NCBI GenBank assembly: GCA_041739515.1
Contig: JBGSNS010000013.1
Coordinates: 1-46,384 of the forward strand
Length of the DNA stretch: 46,384 nt
From: Bdellovibrionota bacterium
Lineage (GTDB): Bacteria; Bdellovibrionota_C; UBA2361
Direction: 5' to 3'
This document shows, piece after piece, positions 9,638 to 18,444 of the stretch. The notes under the pieces are model-generated. The model was not told the origin of the DNA and searched no databases. It worked only from the letters and a program-made list of their open reading frames with translations. The stretch's first letter is position 1. Every line of letters starts with the position of its first letter. The position numbers were made by a program, and so were the translations under genes.

Positions 9638-9691
9638 AGCAAGTCAGATCATTGGTTGAAATGCCCTCAACCCAATGGACTTGCTCCTTTT
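9638..9691. terminator. Long imperfect hairpin followed by a T/A-rich tract (terminator-like)
   Basis: AGCAAGTC (9638-9645) pairs with GACTTGCT (9678-9685). Inner CATTGGTTGA pairs with TCAAcCCAATG. Lies between convergent transcription units. Confidence 0.45.
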
Positions 9692-9709
9692 AAACTTTTA
9701 AAAAATATT

Positions 9710-9830
9710 CCCTGGGAACGCGAAGCGTTGCTTCGCTGCCACTTCAAGCCCCTTGCAGTTTCAGATTAATCTAAAGAGTTTCTGCAAAGTACCGCACTAG
9801 ACTGCGAAGCAACGCTTCGCGTTCCCAGGG
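9710..9830. repeat. REP-pair (REPIN/BIME-like) element, family A, copy 1
   Basis: Perfect 27-bp inverted repeat CCCTGGGAACGCGAAGCGTTGCTTCGC at 9710-9736 and 9804-9830; each arm is itself a hairpin. Abuts the stop codon at 9831. Confidence 0.92.
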
Positions 9831-10679
9831 CTAATAAATAACGCTTTCAATGAACCTACTAATAGGCTCCCTGAATTGCTCAAACCGTTCAGGCAGATCG
9901 TTATGGCCCGTTTCTGTCAGCGACAGAAACGTTTTTGGCTCCTTAGCCGCTTCAAAAACCGCCGCTCCGAAACTCGGTGGGATGATTGTGTCACGTTGAG
10001 CAACCATTACTAGCAGTGGTGCATTTAGGTTTTTCACATATTCAATAGTCGGAAATTTATCAAAAATTAAAAAAGACGGGATCCATAACCAGGGATATCT
10101 AACCGGCGCCATCGATTCGATACTCGTAAACGGACTTTCAAGAATGACTCCTGCTGGATGATTACGGGTACCAAGATACGCGGCGACTGCAGCACCGAGG
10201 CTATGTCCCCAAACTATGATTTTATTCTCAGGCACGTGCGCCCGCGCAAAATCATACGCGGCCTGTGCGTCCTCATAGATATGCGTTTCTGTGGGCCCGA
10301 TTTGACCAAAACCACTATCGCCGTATCCACGATACGAGAGCATCACGGTATCAACGCCTATGGAACTAAATAACGCGGATACTTTAGCCCTCGCAGAAAG
10401 CGCCCCACCGTTTCCCTGGAGGTAGACTAAGATCGGTTTGGGATTCGATTCATCACGTACAAACCAGCCCTGTCGAATCGGACCAATACTTGCTGGAATT
10501 GAGATTCTTTCAAATTTTGCACCGAAGTCAGTTGGTATCTTACTTCCTTCAATGGTTGGAGAGTAAATCAAACTTCTCTGCGCAAAAACTATGAGAGTCA
10601 CAAGTAATATGTAACTACTGACAAGCACCAAAAACGCTTTGCGAAATAATCGAGACAAAACAATCCGGGGTGGCCTCAT
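9831..10679 (-). CDS. Membrane-anchored alpha/beta hydrolase (ABHD17/Bem46-like)
   Basis: N-terminal TM, QRSLIY, YRGYGDS, nucleophile WGHSLG, LESPFTS, RDTII (Asp), GHND (His). Confidence 0.9.
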   Translation of the reverse strand: MRPPRIVLSRLFRKAFLVLVSSYILLVTLIVFAQRSLIYSPTIEGSKIPTDFGAKFERISIPASIGPIRQGWFVRDESNPKPILVYLQGNGGALSARAKVSALFSSIGVDTVMLSYRGYGDSGFGQIGPTETHIYEDAQAAYDFARAHVPENKIIVWGHSLGAAVAAYLGTRNHPAGVILESPFTSIESMAPVRYPWLWIPSFLIFDKFPTIEYVKNLNAPLLVMVAQRDTIIPPSFGAAVFEAAKEPKTFLSLTETGHNDLPERFEQFREPISRFIESVIY

Positions 10680-10685
10680 ATTAGA

Positions 10686-11174
10686 TTAACTCGGAGAAAG
10701 TTCTCGCAAACCTAAGCATTGGTACGCCCGGATCGTATCGATCGCAGCTTGGGCGGCTTCTATTCCCTTGTTGCCGGCACCGCTTGAGCGCTCGATAAGA
10801 TGCTCAATTCTATGAACTGGCAAAATCTCATTAATAATCGGTACTTCATAGTCATACATTACCTTTCCCAGCTCGCGTATGCAGGTTTCGAGGATCAACT
10901 GATAGTGATCAGTATCGCCACGAACAATCGCACCGAAAACGACGATAGCTGAGTACTTTCCAGATTTAGCGAGCAGCTTCGCCATCAACGGAATTTCATA
11001 ACATCCAGGCACTTTGACACGATCAATCTGACTCACCCCTCGTGCCTCAAGAATCTCTGCGCATACTTCAACCATCCGATCGGTGTGCTCGGCGTGCCAT
11101 TGAGCCTGCACGATAACCACGTTTAAGCCCTGAGCGAGTTCTGGTATATTTTCAGTCGTATATGTTTTCTTCAC
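10686..11174 (-). CDS. ribH: 6,7-dimethyl-8-ribityllumazine synthase
   Basis: VPGCYEIP, GAIVRGDTDHY, VPIINEIL, GNKGIEAAQAA. Confidence 0.92.
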   Translation of the reverse strand: MKKTYTTENIPELAQGLNVVIVQAQWHAEHTDRMVEVCAEILEARGVSQIDRVKVPGCYEIPLMAKLLAKSGKYSAIVVFGAIVRGDTDHYQLILETCIRELGKVMYDYEVPIINEILPVHRIEHLIERSSGAGNKGIEAAQAAIDTIRAYQCLGLRELSPS

Positions 11175-11617
11175 TTTTCCAGCCCCTCTGTCTTCACAGC
11201 CTTTTCAGCGAGCTGCTTCATTTTGCGAATCATTCCCATCAGCCCTTCCCCCTTCCCCATCGAGAGTGTTGGTCCGAAAATACGGTGTACGATGCCATCT
11301 TCGATTTCGCGCATTTCAGCGATTGATATTCCACTACAGGTCTTAACGAGTACTGCAGCTAAAGCTTTGGCGGAGAGGCCTTGGGGATTCTCAACGGTAA
11401 AAAATGGTGTGAGCGAGTCTCCCGATCTAACGACCCATACAAACGCATCGGACTGACACGCTGGTGATTTGTGTTCTTCAGAAAACGGACGTTTGGCGAC
11501 GCTCTCCGGAGCTTCTGCATATTCTTTGGCGAGATCGATTAAAATTTCAGATCGCAACATTCGATCATCGGTATTCTCAATCTCAGCGGTCAATTCATTT
11601 AATTTCTCAAGTCCCAT
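11171..11617 (-). CDS. sufE: SufE-family sulfur-acceptor protein
   Basis: LIDLAKE...ACQS conserved Cys motif, KALAAVL, typical length; directly downstream of a sulfurtransferase. Confidence 0.8.
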   Translation of the reverse strand: MGLEKLNELTAEIENTDDRMLRSEILIDLAKEYAEAPESVAKRPFSEEHKSPACQSDAFVWVVRSGDSLTPFFTVENPQGLSAKALAAVLVKTCSGISIAEMREIEDGIVHRIFGPTLSMGKGEGLMGMIRKMKQLAEKAVKTEGLEK

Positions 11618-11633
11618 AACTATGCAGACAGCC

Positions 11634-12527
11634 TCATTTTTCTATCGGTGCTCCAACTAAGTTTCCCCACTCAGTCCAACTACCATCATAATTCTTAACG
11701 TTAGGATACCCGAGTAAATACGTTAGTACGAACCAGGTATGGCTACTCCGCTCTCCGATTCGACAATAAGCTACGACTTCGTCCGAGGACCTTAGACCCG
11801 CCTCGCCTTCATAAATGGCTTTCAACTCTGCCGCTGTTTTGAATTCCCCCGTATCAGTATTCACCGCTCGTGACCACGGAACGCTTCTCGCGCCAGCGAT
11901 ATGCCCTCCACGCAGTGCCCCCTCGTTGGGATATCCTTCCATGTGTAATTTTTTTCCGGAAAATTCCTCTGGACTACGAACATCGATCAACTTGCCTCGA
12001 TTCTTCACATGCTCAAGAACAACCTCGCGCATCGCCCGAATCGTCTTATCGTCTCGCACTCGGGTCGGATAAGGTTGAGCCGCAGTGTATTTAGGAATTT
12101 CACGGGTTAAAGGGCGTTTTTGCTGCTCCCAGAGCAACCGTCCGCCATCCATCAATCGAACGTCCGCGTGCCCAAACAGTTTAAGAATCCAGAAACTAAA
12201 ACTAGACCACCAATTATTTCGATCACCGTACAATACCACCGTTGTATCAGGTGAAATTCCGAGTCGACTCATAGTTGCTGCAAATTTCTCCGCATTTAAA
12301 TAATCGCGAACAATCGGATCGTTTAAGTCCCTAGCCCAATCTAGTTCAACCGCGCCCACGATGTGATTAGAAGGATAAAGCAGCGGGTCCTCGTTGGACT
12401 CAACTATCCGAACTTTCGGATCCTTAAGGTGCTCCTGAACCCAATCACAAGAGACCAAAACATCCGGATAAGCGTAGCCGCGTGAAGTAATCCCTGTTCC
12501 CATAATACGCGAATTGTAATGCGCCAT
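11634..12527 (-). CDS. sseA: Tandem-domain rhodanese / thiosulfate sulfurtransferase (SseA/CysA type)
   Basis: [36 protein letters not shown], active-site loop CRIGER, C-terminal YDGSWTEW. Start may be the ATG at 12503. Confidence 0.93.
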   Translation of the reverse strand: MAHYNSRIMGTGITSRGYAYPDVLVSCDWVQEHLKDPKVRIVESNEDPLLYPSNHIVGAVELDWARDLNDPIVRDYLNAEKFAATMSRLGISPDTTVVLYGDRNNWWSSFSFWILKLFGHADVRLMDGGRLLWEQQKRPLTREIPKYTAAQPYPTRVRDDKTIRAMREVVLEHVKNRGKLIDVRSPEEFSGKKLHMEGYPNEGALRGGHIAGARSVPWSRAVNTDTGEFKTAAELKAIYEGEAGLRSSDEVVAYCRIGERSSHTWFVLTYLLGYPNVKNYDGSWTEWGNLVGAPIEK

Positions 12528-12566
12528 GGTTTAAATATCTAGGTAACTGGGGGCGCTGACGATCTG

Positions 12567-12887
12567 CTATCTCGGCAGCGACGAGGCAAGATTAGCTAGC
12601 TTTTGCACCAGCGCTTTGATTTCAGCTGAGTCATCTTTGGCGGGGTTGGTCTGTAGACGCTCCTCTAAGTGTTTCGCCATCTGGGCAATTTCGGTAAGAG
12701 CGAAAAAACCTGCTCCGCCTCTAATCGTATGAAACGCGGTACTGAGTGTCGTTCGCTCAGCTGAGGTCAAATGCCTACCGGCATCTAATCGGCCCACAAC
12801 CTCCTCAGCCATGGCCAAATGTTTATCAAGCTCCTCAACGAACATTAAATAAGCCGGGCTATTCAGTAATTTATCGTTATCCGCCAC
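12567..12887 (-). CDS. Stand-alone histidine phosphotransfer (Hpt) domain protein
   Basis: FVEE...FHTIRGGAGFF...AKHLEE matches the Hpt/CheA-P1 HTxKG pattern. GTG start with AGGAAGG upstream. Confidence 0.85.
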   Translation of the reverse strand: MADNDKLLNSPAYLMFVEELDKHLAMAEEVVGRLDAGRHLTSAERTTLSTAFHTIRGGAGFFALTEIAQMAKHLEERLQTNPAKDDSAEIKALVQKLANLASSLPR

Positions 12888-12975
12888 CGAAAGCCTTCCT
12901 CGTAGAAAATAGATGGATTTAAGATGCGCCCTTTTGCTTTTTACCGCACTTGTAGATACTAGGCCCTACATAACT

Positions 12976-14067
12976 ATGAAATCTAAATTATTACCATTCA
13001 TCATCCTTTTGGGGTTAGTCGCTATCGGTTGGGCCGTCTCAACGAGGCGCTCGATGGATACTGCCTCGACTCAGTCAGCATCCAGCGGAGCCACCGGCAG
13101 CGATCCAACTTCAATCAACGACGCTGGATCCGCCTTAGCTGGTGGACAAACTCGCCTCGACGGTTCAAGCGGAGTACCAGGCGAGGATTATGATGATGCA
13201 GACCATGAGATAGAGATAATGCCTGCGGCGAAGGCGTATAAGAACGCTGACGAGGCGATGGCTGCCATCCGCAAAGGCGCTGCTGATTACGATGATTCCC
13301 TACTAGAACAGTTCACCATCCCTGGCGACGACTGCACGTTCTGTCCTGAAGTTTATAAGCAGATTAAAGATACGATCACCGCCGGTGGTCTTCCTAGTGA
13401 ACAACTCAGTTTTTACGGAGAATTGTTGGCGATTAGCGGACGACCTGAAAATCTTCAGTCACTTGTTGGTGTGATTAAAGCCGCTCCGAATAACGAGGTA
13501 AAAGAGGCGCTGGCGGAATCCCTCGAACTAACTATCGGGAAGGATGATGTTACTGAATTTCTAGGTACGCACCTTAACGATTCTGATGCGCGGGTAAAGG
13601 AAGCTTCGGTAGCAGCGATCACAAATCAGGGTAGCCGCAAAGCCGCCGAACTTTTGTATAAGGCTACGCTTGAGAAAGGTGATCCGGATGGATTCTATTC
13701 GCAAGGAATCGGGCTCGGAGAATTGGTTCCGGATGACGATACCATTCCTTACTTGCAGTCACTCGTTTCAAAACAAGATCAGTACTCACATCTGGCGGTA
13801 AAGGCTCTGCTGAACGCCGGAATCGGTGGGCTCAGAACTGCGATGGACACTCTCTCTCTCTCCAAAGACCCAGAGGGGAGCCGAGCTATGTTGTCCCAGG
13901 CGGCGGATCACGTCAGTTACGACGAAGAGACTGAAGCCTACTTAACGAAGCTTTCAGCAGAGTCGAAGAACCCGGTAATAAAAGATTTCGCTGATAAGGT
14001 TCTCCAATCGTTTAAAGGCCAAGGAGAGGACGACGCCGAGCCTCTTGAAGATGGTGACGAAAATTGA
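12976..14067 (+). CDS. Membrane-anchored HEAT/armadillo-like repeat protein
   Basis: N-terminal TM after MKSK, Ser/Gly linker, CTFC motif, HEAT-like segments (LNDSDARVKEASVAAI), acidic tail. Start placed at the ATG at 12976. Confidence 0.65.
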   Translation: MKSKLLPFIILLGLVAIGWAVSTRRSMDTASTQSASSGATGSDPTSINDAGSALAGGQTRLDGSSGVPGEDYDDADHEIEIMPAAKAYKNADEAMAAIRKGAADYDDSLLEQFTIPGDDCTFCPEVYKQIKDTITAGGLPSEQLSFYGELLAISGRPENLQSLVGVIKAAPNNEVKEALAESLELTIGKDDVTEFLGTHLNDSDARVKEASVAAITNQGSRKAAELLYKATLEKGDPDGFYSQGIGLGELVPDDDTIPYLQSLVSKQDQYSHLAVKALLNAGIGGLRTAMDTLSLSKDPEGSRAMLSQAADHVSYDEETEAYLTKLSAESKNPVIKDFADKVLQSFKGQGEDDAEPLEDGDEN

Positions 14068-14094
14068 TTCAGTTCTTGAATTGATGGAAAGTAT

Positions 14095-14123
14095 GGGCCC
14101 CTTCATCGGGGCCCGTTCTTTTT
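14095..14123 (+). terminator. Rho-independent terminator
   Basis: GGGCCCC-TTCATC-GGGGCCC followed by GTTCTTTTT, 27 nt after the stop codon. Confidence 0.85.
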
Positions 14124-14253
14124 AGACCCAAAGTTTACGGTAGATTTGTCTGCCGTTGAGTTGTTTTTACGTAACCCTGCTTTGCTCTGGAATTCGTAAA
14201 AGCGGAGCAGCGGCGTAGCTGTTTTACGGGTTTTAACATGAGGCTAGGAGAGC

Positions 14254-14679
14254 ATGATGAGCAATTCAGCGACTCGGTGGATGACTCAGTGGATTCACCT
14301 ACGGTTCGTTCTGTCTCGTCTGGAAGCAAATGACGGGATCGAACTACGAACGCCGAAAGATCAGGACACTATCATCTCAACAGTCTGGAGTTCGATATCT
14401 CAGGAGTCGATCGATCGCGCATGCTCTGAGCAGCAGTGTCTTTTGATCACCCTCCCTCTACACATGCCTGGTCAAGCACAGGCGGTGTTCGATATCTTGG
14501 CCCAACGACTCGGGCCGGGGTGCCGATTCATAGTCCGGTCAGGGGGTTTCTATCTTCACTCTCAGGTTGCGTTGCCACACGCGCAGGAGTTGAAGAGGAA
14601 ATATAAGGCCAGACCGAAAAAATCGTTGGCTGACGACCGGCATTTGGGTGATGTGTGTAGCGCGAATCCGAACCAGTAG
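14254..14679 (+). CDS. Hypothetical protein (141 aa)
   Basis: AGGAGAG immediately before the ATG; fills the gap between flanking genes; no recognised motif. Confidence 0.55.
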   Translation: MMSNSATRWMTQWIHLRFVLSRLEANDGIELRTPKDQDTIISTVWSSISQESIDRACSEQQCLLITLPLHMPGQAQAVFDILAQRLGPGCRFIVRSGGFYLHSQVALPHAQELKRKYKARPKKSLADDRHLGDVCSANPNQ

Positions 14680-14826
14680 CTTGATACTCGATACAAAAAG
14701 AGCACGAAGAAAGGAGAATTCCCCGTAGGCGGAACATCGCTTCGTGCTCCTGGATGTTTTAACCACCAAGGTTATTAACAACAGCACTACGCCGCATGCC
14801 CGCCCTCTTTCTATCGGATAGCGTTT

Positions 14827-14857
14827 TTATTCTTCGTCGTCATTATTCTTCGTCGTC
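14827..14857. repeat. 15-bp direct duplication of a gene 3' end (TTATTCTTCGTCGTC x2)
   Basis: Exact copies at 14827-14841 and 14843-14857; on the minus strand each reads DDEE-stop. Confidence 0.85.
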
Positions 14858-15478
14858 GCTGTCATCTTGCGCGTCCTCGTCCTGATATATTCCGCCCTGC
14901 ATATTACCGTATGGGGACCCGGAGATGAATGGCGGAACGGGAGGCGCCGGAGGAATCCCGCTTCCCATCGACGCACTACCCGGCATTCCTGGAGCAACGG
15001 GAAACACGCTCGGGTTGCGGAAATTATCTGACGAGTTCTCCTTTTTATTCATAACTTCATTCAGGACCGATTCTAGCTTAACCGCGCTATCCGGATCGTT
15101 TTGGCGCCCAACTACTGCGGCACCCGATTTTGATGGTTGCGAGGAGGATAGCTGCGAGGAATTTGTTTCTTCAATCACGGCTACTGATTTAGCCGATCGC
15201 GATAGCTCGTGGTGTGTCCCTGATTCGACGGCACCAGAATCGATGGCTAAGTGCCCATCAATGAACCTAAGCGATCCCTTCGGATAAACCAAAAGAGTCT
15301 CTCTCTTGGTCTCCATCTCAACTCTCCCCTGCGGCTCTCCAAGGGTGGCGACTACATCGCTAACACTCATCCCGTGTTTAAGCCTAGCTGAGAAGGCGAT
15401 GCTCGAATCAGCACTAACCGTTCTGAGGACTACTAAAACACCCAATAACATCGATATACATATATAGAATGTCCGCAT
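14843..15478 (-). CDS. Exported protein with SmpA/OmlA(BamE)-like N-terminal motif and disordered Pro/acidic tail
   Basis: Signal peptide, then LKHGMSVSDVVATLGEP (GMxxxxVxxxLGxP). Confidence 0.65.
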   Translation of the reverse strand: MRTFYICISMLLGVLVVLRTVSADSSIAFSARLKHGMSVSDVVATLGEPQGRVEMETKRETLLVYPKGSLRFIDGHLAIDSGAVESGTHHELSRSAKSVAVIEETNSSQLSSSQPSKSGAAVVGRQNDPDSAVKLESVLNEVMNKKENSSDNFRNPSVFPVAPGMPGSASMGSGIPPAPPVPPFISGSPYGNMQGGIYQDEDAQDDSDDEE

Positions 15479-15529
15479 GACTTGATGCTCACCTATCGGT
15501 GTGTGAAAAGCTAGCTAGGATACTAACGA

Positions 15530-16726
15530 ATGGATATCTCAAGACCCACCTGGGCTATATTTCCATGGGCTACTTCCGTACTTAATCAATACGGATGGTA
15601 CTTAGCGCTAGCAGCGGCGCTCTTAATTCCTGTTAAACTTACCTTAGGTTACTTTGCACTCTTTCCTCTAATCTTGCTGTGGTTACTCGGCGGAGACTTA
15701 TCAATTGTACGGCATCCGATCGTGTCGAGGCTTTTGATCTTTGTGGCGATCGTAGGATTCTCTGGAATTTTTGGCATCGCTCCTTTAAGAACCACTACCT
15801 CCACTCTACGTCTAATCCTCTCTTTGCTAGCGATTCCAGCAATCGCGACTGTAACAATTAATCCCGTTTCTTTGATGTTAGCAGCGATCATGGGGCAAAC
15901 TTGCGCGGCCCTTGCCTCGTGTTTGGAGCTTGGATTCGGTGTCGCTCTTCCTCGTTATTTCACAGGGGCCGTATCTGAATCCGGACAACTGGCGATAATC
16001 ATTCCGATTACCGCTGCACTAATTCTTTCCGGCAAACTTACAAATCCTAAACTAAAACTCGCCACAATCATTAGCTTTATCGTAATGACAACTGCGCTGG
16101 TTTTGAACGCCAAACGTGGGCCATTCGTAGGTTGTTTCATCGGACTTGGGCTTCTCTTTGTGCTGCGCTCGCCGAAACTTTTATTGCCGCTGATTGCAAC
16201 AGCGATGGCAACTACGTTTTTAGTACCATCCCTACATCAGCGGCTTACTGAATCCGCTCAGCATTTCTTTATCGCAGGGGGAAGAAATGAAATGTGGAGT
16301 ATAGGTGGCGAGCTCATCAGTCGGTACCCGCTCGGTATCGGATTTCATACCAGCCCTTATCTGCAGGAATTCAGCCTAGAAGTGCCACCTGAACACAACC
16401 ATTTTCATAGTAATCTTATAAATATTTTAGTTGAAACAGGCTGGCTGGGCCTCGCTGCATTTCTGGTTTGGTACGGTAGCACATTGAGAGCTGGTTATCG
16501 CCTAGGTCGCTCAGAACCCTTGGCCTACGGTATTCTAGTGGCACTTATAAGTTGGCAGATCGCTGGGCTTGTCGAATACAATATCGGTGATAGTGAAGTT
16601 TTCGTCCTGATGCTGATCCAAATCGGAGGATTATTATCGATGCTGGGAACACAAGGCGTGGCCTCGCAGTCTATGCAACCACCTCGCAGATCCGAATTTA
16701 TCCCCACCACCTCCAGTAATCAGTAA
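15530..16726 (+). CDS. O-antigen ligase (Wzy_C/WaaL-like) family membrane protein
   Basis: Many TMs, LNAKRGP, GRNEMW...YPLGIG, HFHSNLINILVETGWLGL. The last ~27 codons lie inside a family A repeat. Confidence 0.85.
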   Translation: MDISRPTWAIFPWATSVLNQYGWYLALAAALLIPVKLTLGYFALFPLILLWLLGGDLSIVRHPIVSRLLIFVAIVGFSGIFGIAPLRTTTSTLRLILSLLAIPAIATVTINPVSLMLAAIMGQTCAALASCLELGFGVALPRYFTGAVSESGQLAIIIPITAALILSGKLTNPKLKLATIISFIVMTTALVLNAKRGPFVGCFIGLGLLFVLRSPKLLLPLIATAMATTFLVPSLHQRLTESAQHFFIAGGRNEMWSIGGELISRYPLGIGFHTSPYLQEFSLEVPPEHNHFHSNLINILVETGWLGLAAFLVWYGSTLRAGYRLGRSEPLAYGILVALISWQIAGLVEYNIGDSEVFVLMLIQIGGLLSMLGTQGVASQSMQPPRRSEFIPTTSSNQ

Positions 16727-16807
16727 TCTACGTGGGCGATCTAGTCTTGAAACAATTGCTGCAAAGTACCGCTCAAGACTGCGAGGCGGCGCCTCGCGTT
16801 CCCAGGG
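16643..16807. repeat. REP-pair element, family A, copy 2
   Basis: Left arm CTGGGAACACAAGGCGTGGCCTCGCAGTCTA (degenerate). Right end 16759-16807 is 43/49 identical to 9782-9830. Confidence 0.9.
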
Positions 16808-16829
16808 GCCTCGCGCTCTCAGAGCTCTA

Positions 16830-17816
16830 TTAACGCTTACTAAGGCGTCTACCGAGCTCGATATCATCCGCCACGATTCGCTGTATTTCCGAGACTTCTT
16901 TTGAGAGCCCCGCTAGTTTCCTAAAGTTTGATGCGCCGCTTATTGCAGCATCCGCGTTCTTAAGCTCGAATCCACTTCTCGTCTTAAGCGGCGAAGGACT
17001 CACTTGCAACGACTTGCCTTGCTGATCCAACTTCGCGAACTGTTCATCGCGAATCTTAACCTGTGACCTAATTTCACCTACCCTTGCGAGAAGTTGCCCA
17101 CGCGCCACAGACAAGGCGGAACCTGGCATTCCGTTAACTTCGGCTTTGGCTACTTCAAATTTTTTCAGCCCAGCTCTGGAATTATCTGATTCAGCGACGT
17201 CTTGCATCGCAAACAGTCGATCGCGCTCTTTGCGTAAATCAGCTACCTGAATCCGGGTTGAAACCAGTGAGGCATCCCGATCTGCGAGTGCCTTCTTTAG
17301 ATCAGCTATAGATTCCATCAGAGACGCCGAACGAGTATTTGCGCGCTCAGTATTTATCTGACAAGAACCCAATTGCTCGATCAAATTTGATTTTTCAGTA
17401 TCAAGCTCCACGTTCTCTTTCGCTAATTGATGGAGCTTTTCCTCATGACTACGATTCGCTGTGCCATCACGCATACTACTAGAATAAGAAGCATCAATTC
17501 TTGGGCAGGTGACCGGTGGGCAAGCTTGCAAGTTGACAGGCGGACATTCGTGATTACCCGTGCTTCGAAATTGTGCGTCGCGTACTTGGTCTTGCAGTTT
17601 AAAAATTCGACCCTCCAGCCCCTCTTTCTCCAGCTCTAACTCAGCTATGTAGTCGACCAACTGATTGCCCTCAAGATCGGTCCTGTACGCGCGCCCATCT
17701 GGCAAACGACCACGTTCTGACTGCTGATCATCGGCCACGGCCACATCGAGAGGACATTGGGACAGCGCTAACAACAGGAACGCAACGAGTCGAGCTGGCA
17801 AACCGAGTATCTGCAT
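16830..17816 (-). CDS. Exported coiled-coil protein of unknown function
   Basis: Signal peptide, long heptad-like helices, CPPV..CPPVTCP hinge. Confidence 0.7.
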   Translation of the reverse strand: MQILGLPARLVAFLLLALSQCPLDVAVADDQQSERGRLPDGRAYRTDLEGNQLVDYIAELELEKEGLEGRIFKLQDQVRDAQFRSTGNHECPPVNLQACPPVTCPRIDASYSSSMRDGTANRSHEEKLHQLAKENVELDTEKSNLIEQLGSCQINTERANTRSASLMESIADLKKALADRDASLVSTRIQVADLRKERDRLFAMQDVAESDNSRAGLKKFEVAKAEVNGMPGSALSVARGQLLARVGEIRSQVKIRDEQFAKLDQQGKSLQVSPSPLKTRSGFELKNADAAISGASNFRKLAGLSKEVSEIQRIVADDIELGRRLSKR

Positions 17817-17879
17817 GACAAAAAGTATACAAGAACTGCATGGTCTTTAAGCAATACTGAATGAATACTCAGACAACCG

Positions 17880-18377
17880 TTACTTATCAGAAATAGCTGA
17901 AATCGCAGCAATGGTTCGTTCGAGGTCGTTTTTGAGCGTTTTAGCTTTGCCAGATTTTGGTTCCAGGGCTTCATGCTCGTTGGTGCGTATATATGCTATC
18001 GCGTCTGCGTGTTCTTTGTGTTCCGGAATGTGTGAAAGTTGTGAGAACTCTTGCTGAGCGATAGTCAGCATAATCCGACCGGTCGTTTTTGCATCAGGAC
18101 TGTCGCTCATTAATTTAGTCAGTGCGTCGCAGGTCGTAACACAAGCCAGAAAATGGGTTCGGTCTGATACGTTAATCGGTTTAATGCGGGTCTGATCGAT
18201 TAAACCATCAGGTTTTTTCGGAATCGCCACGGCGGGGAGTGCAGGCTCAACTACGGGAGCAGATGCATTTGCTTCTTGAGGGTCGGATGAGTTTGCGGAA
18301 TCATGTTTTTCACAACCACCTAAGCCGGCCGCCGTTATGGCGAGAGCCGTAGCAACACCTCGAATATCTTGGATCAT
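17880..18377 (-). CDS. Putative lipoprotein of unknown function
   Basis: Lipobox LGGC after a hydrophobic stretch; GAGGG upstream. Confidence 0.65.
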   Translation of the reverse strand: MIQDIRGVATALAITAAGLGGCEKHDSANSSDPQEANASAPVVEPALPAVAIPKKPDGLIDQTRIKPINVSDRTHFLACVTTCDALTKLMSDSPDAKTTGRIMLTIAQQEFSQLSHIPEHKEHADAIAYIRTNEHEALEPKSGKAKTLKNDLERTIAAISAISDK

Positions 18378-18444
18378 ATTCCACCCCTCTTAGGGGGTTA
18401 TGAAAGGATTTCGAAAGCTTGTGCCTAGAAATTAAACGTCTCGA

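Noticed and set aside
14528-14787. Two short minus-strand ORFs
   Set aside because: They overlap the RBS-supported 14254-14679 gene and have no recognisable features.
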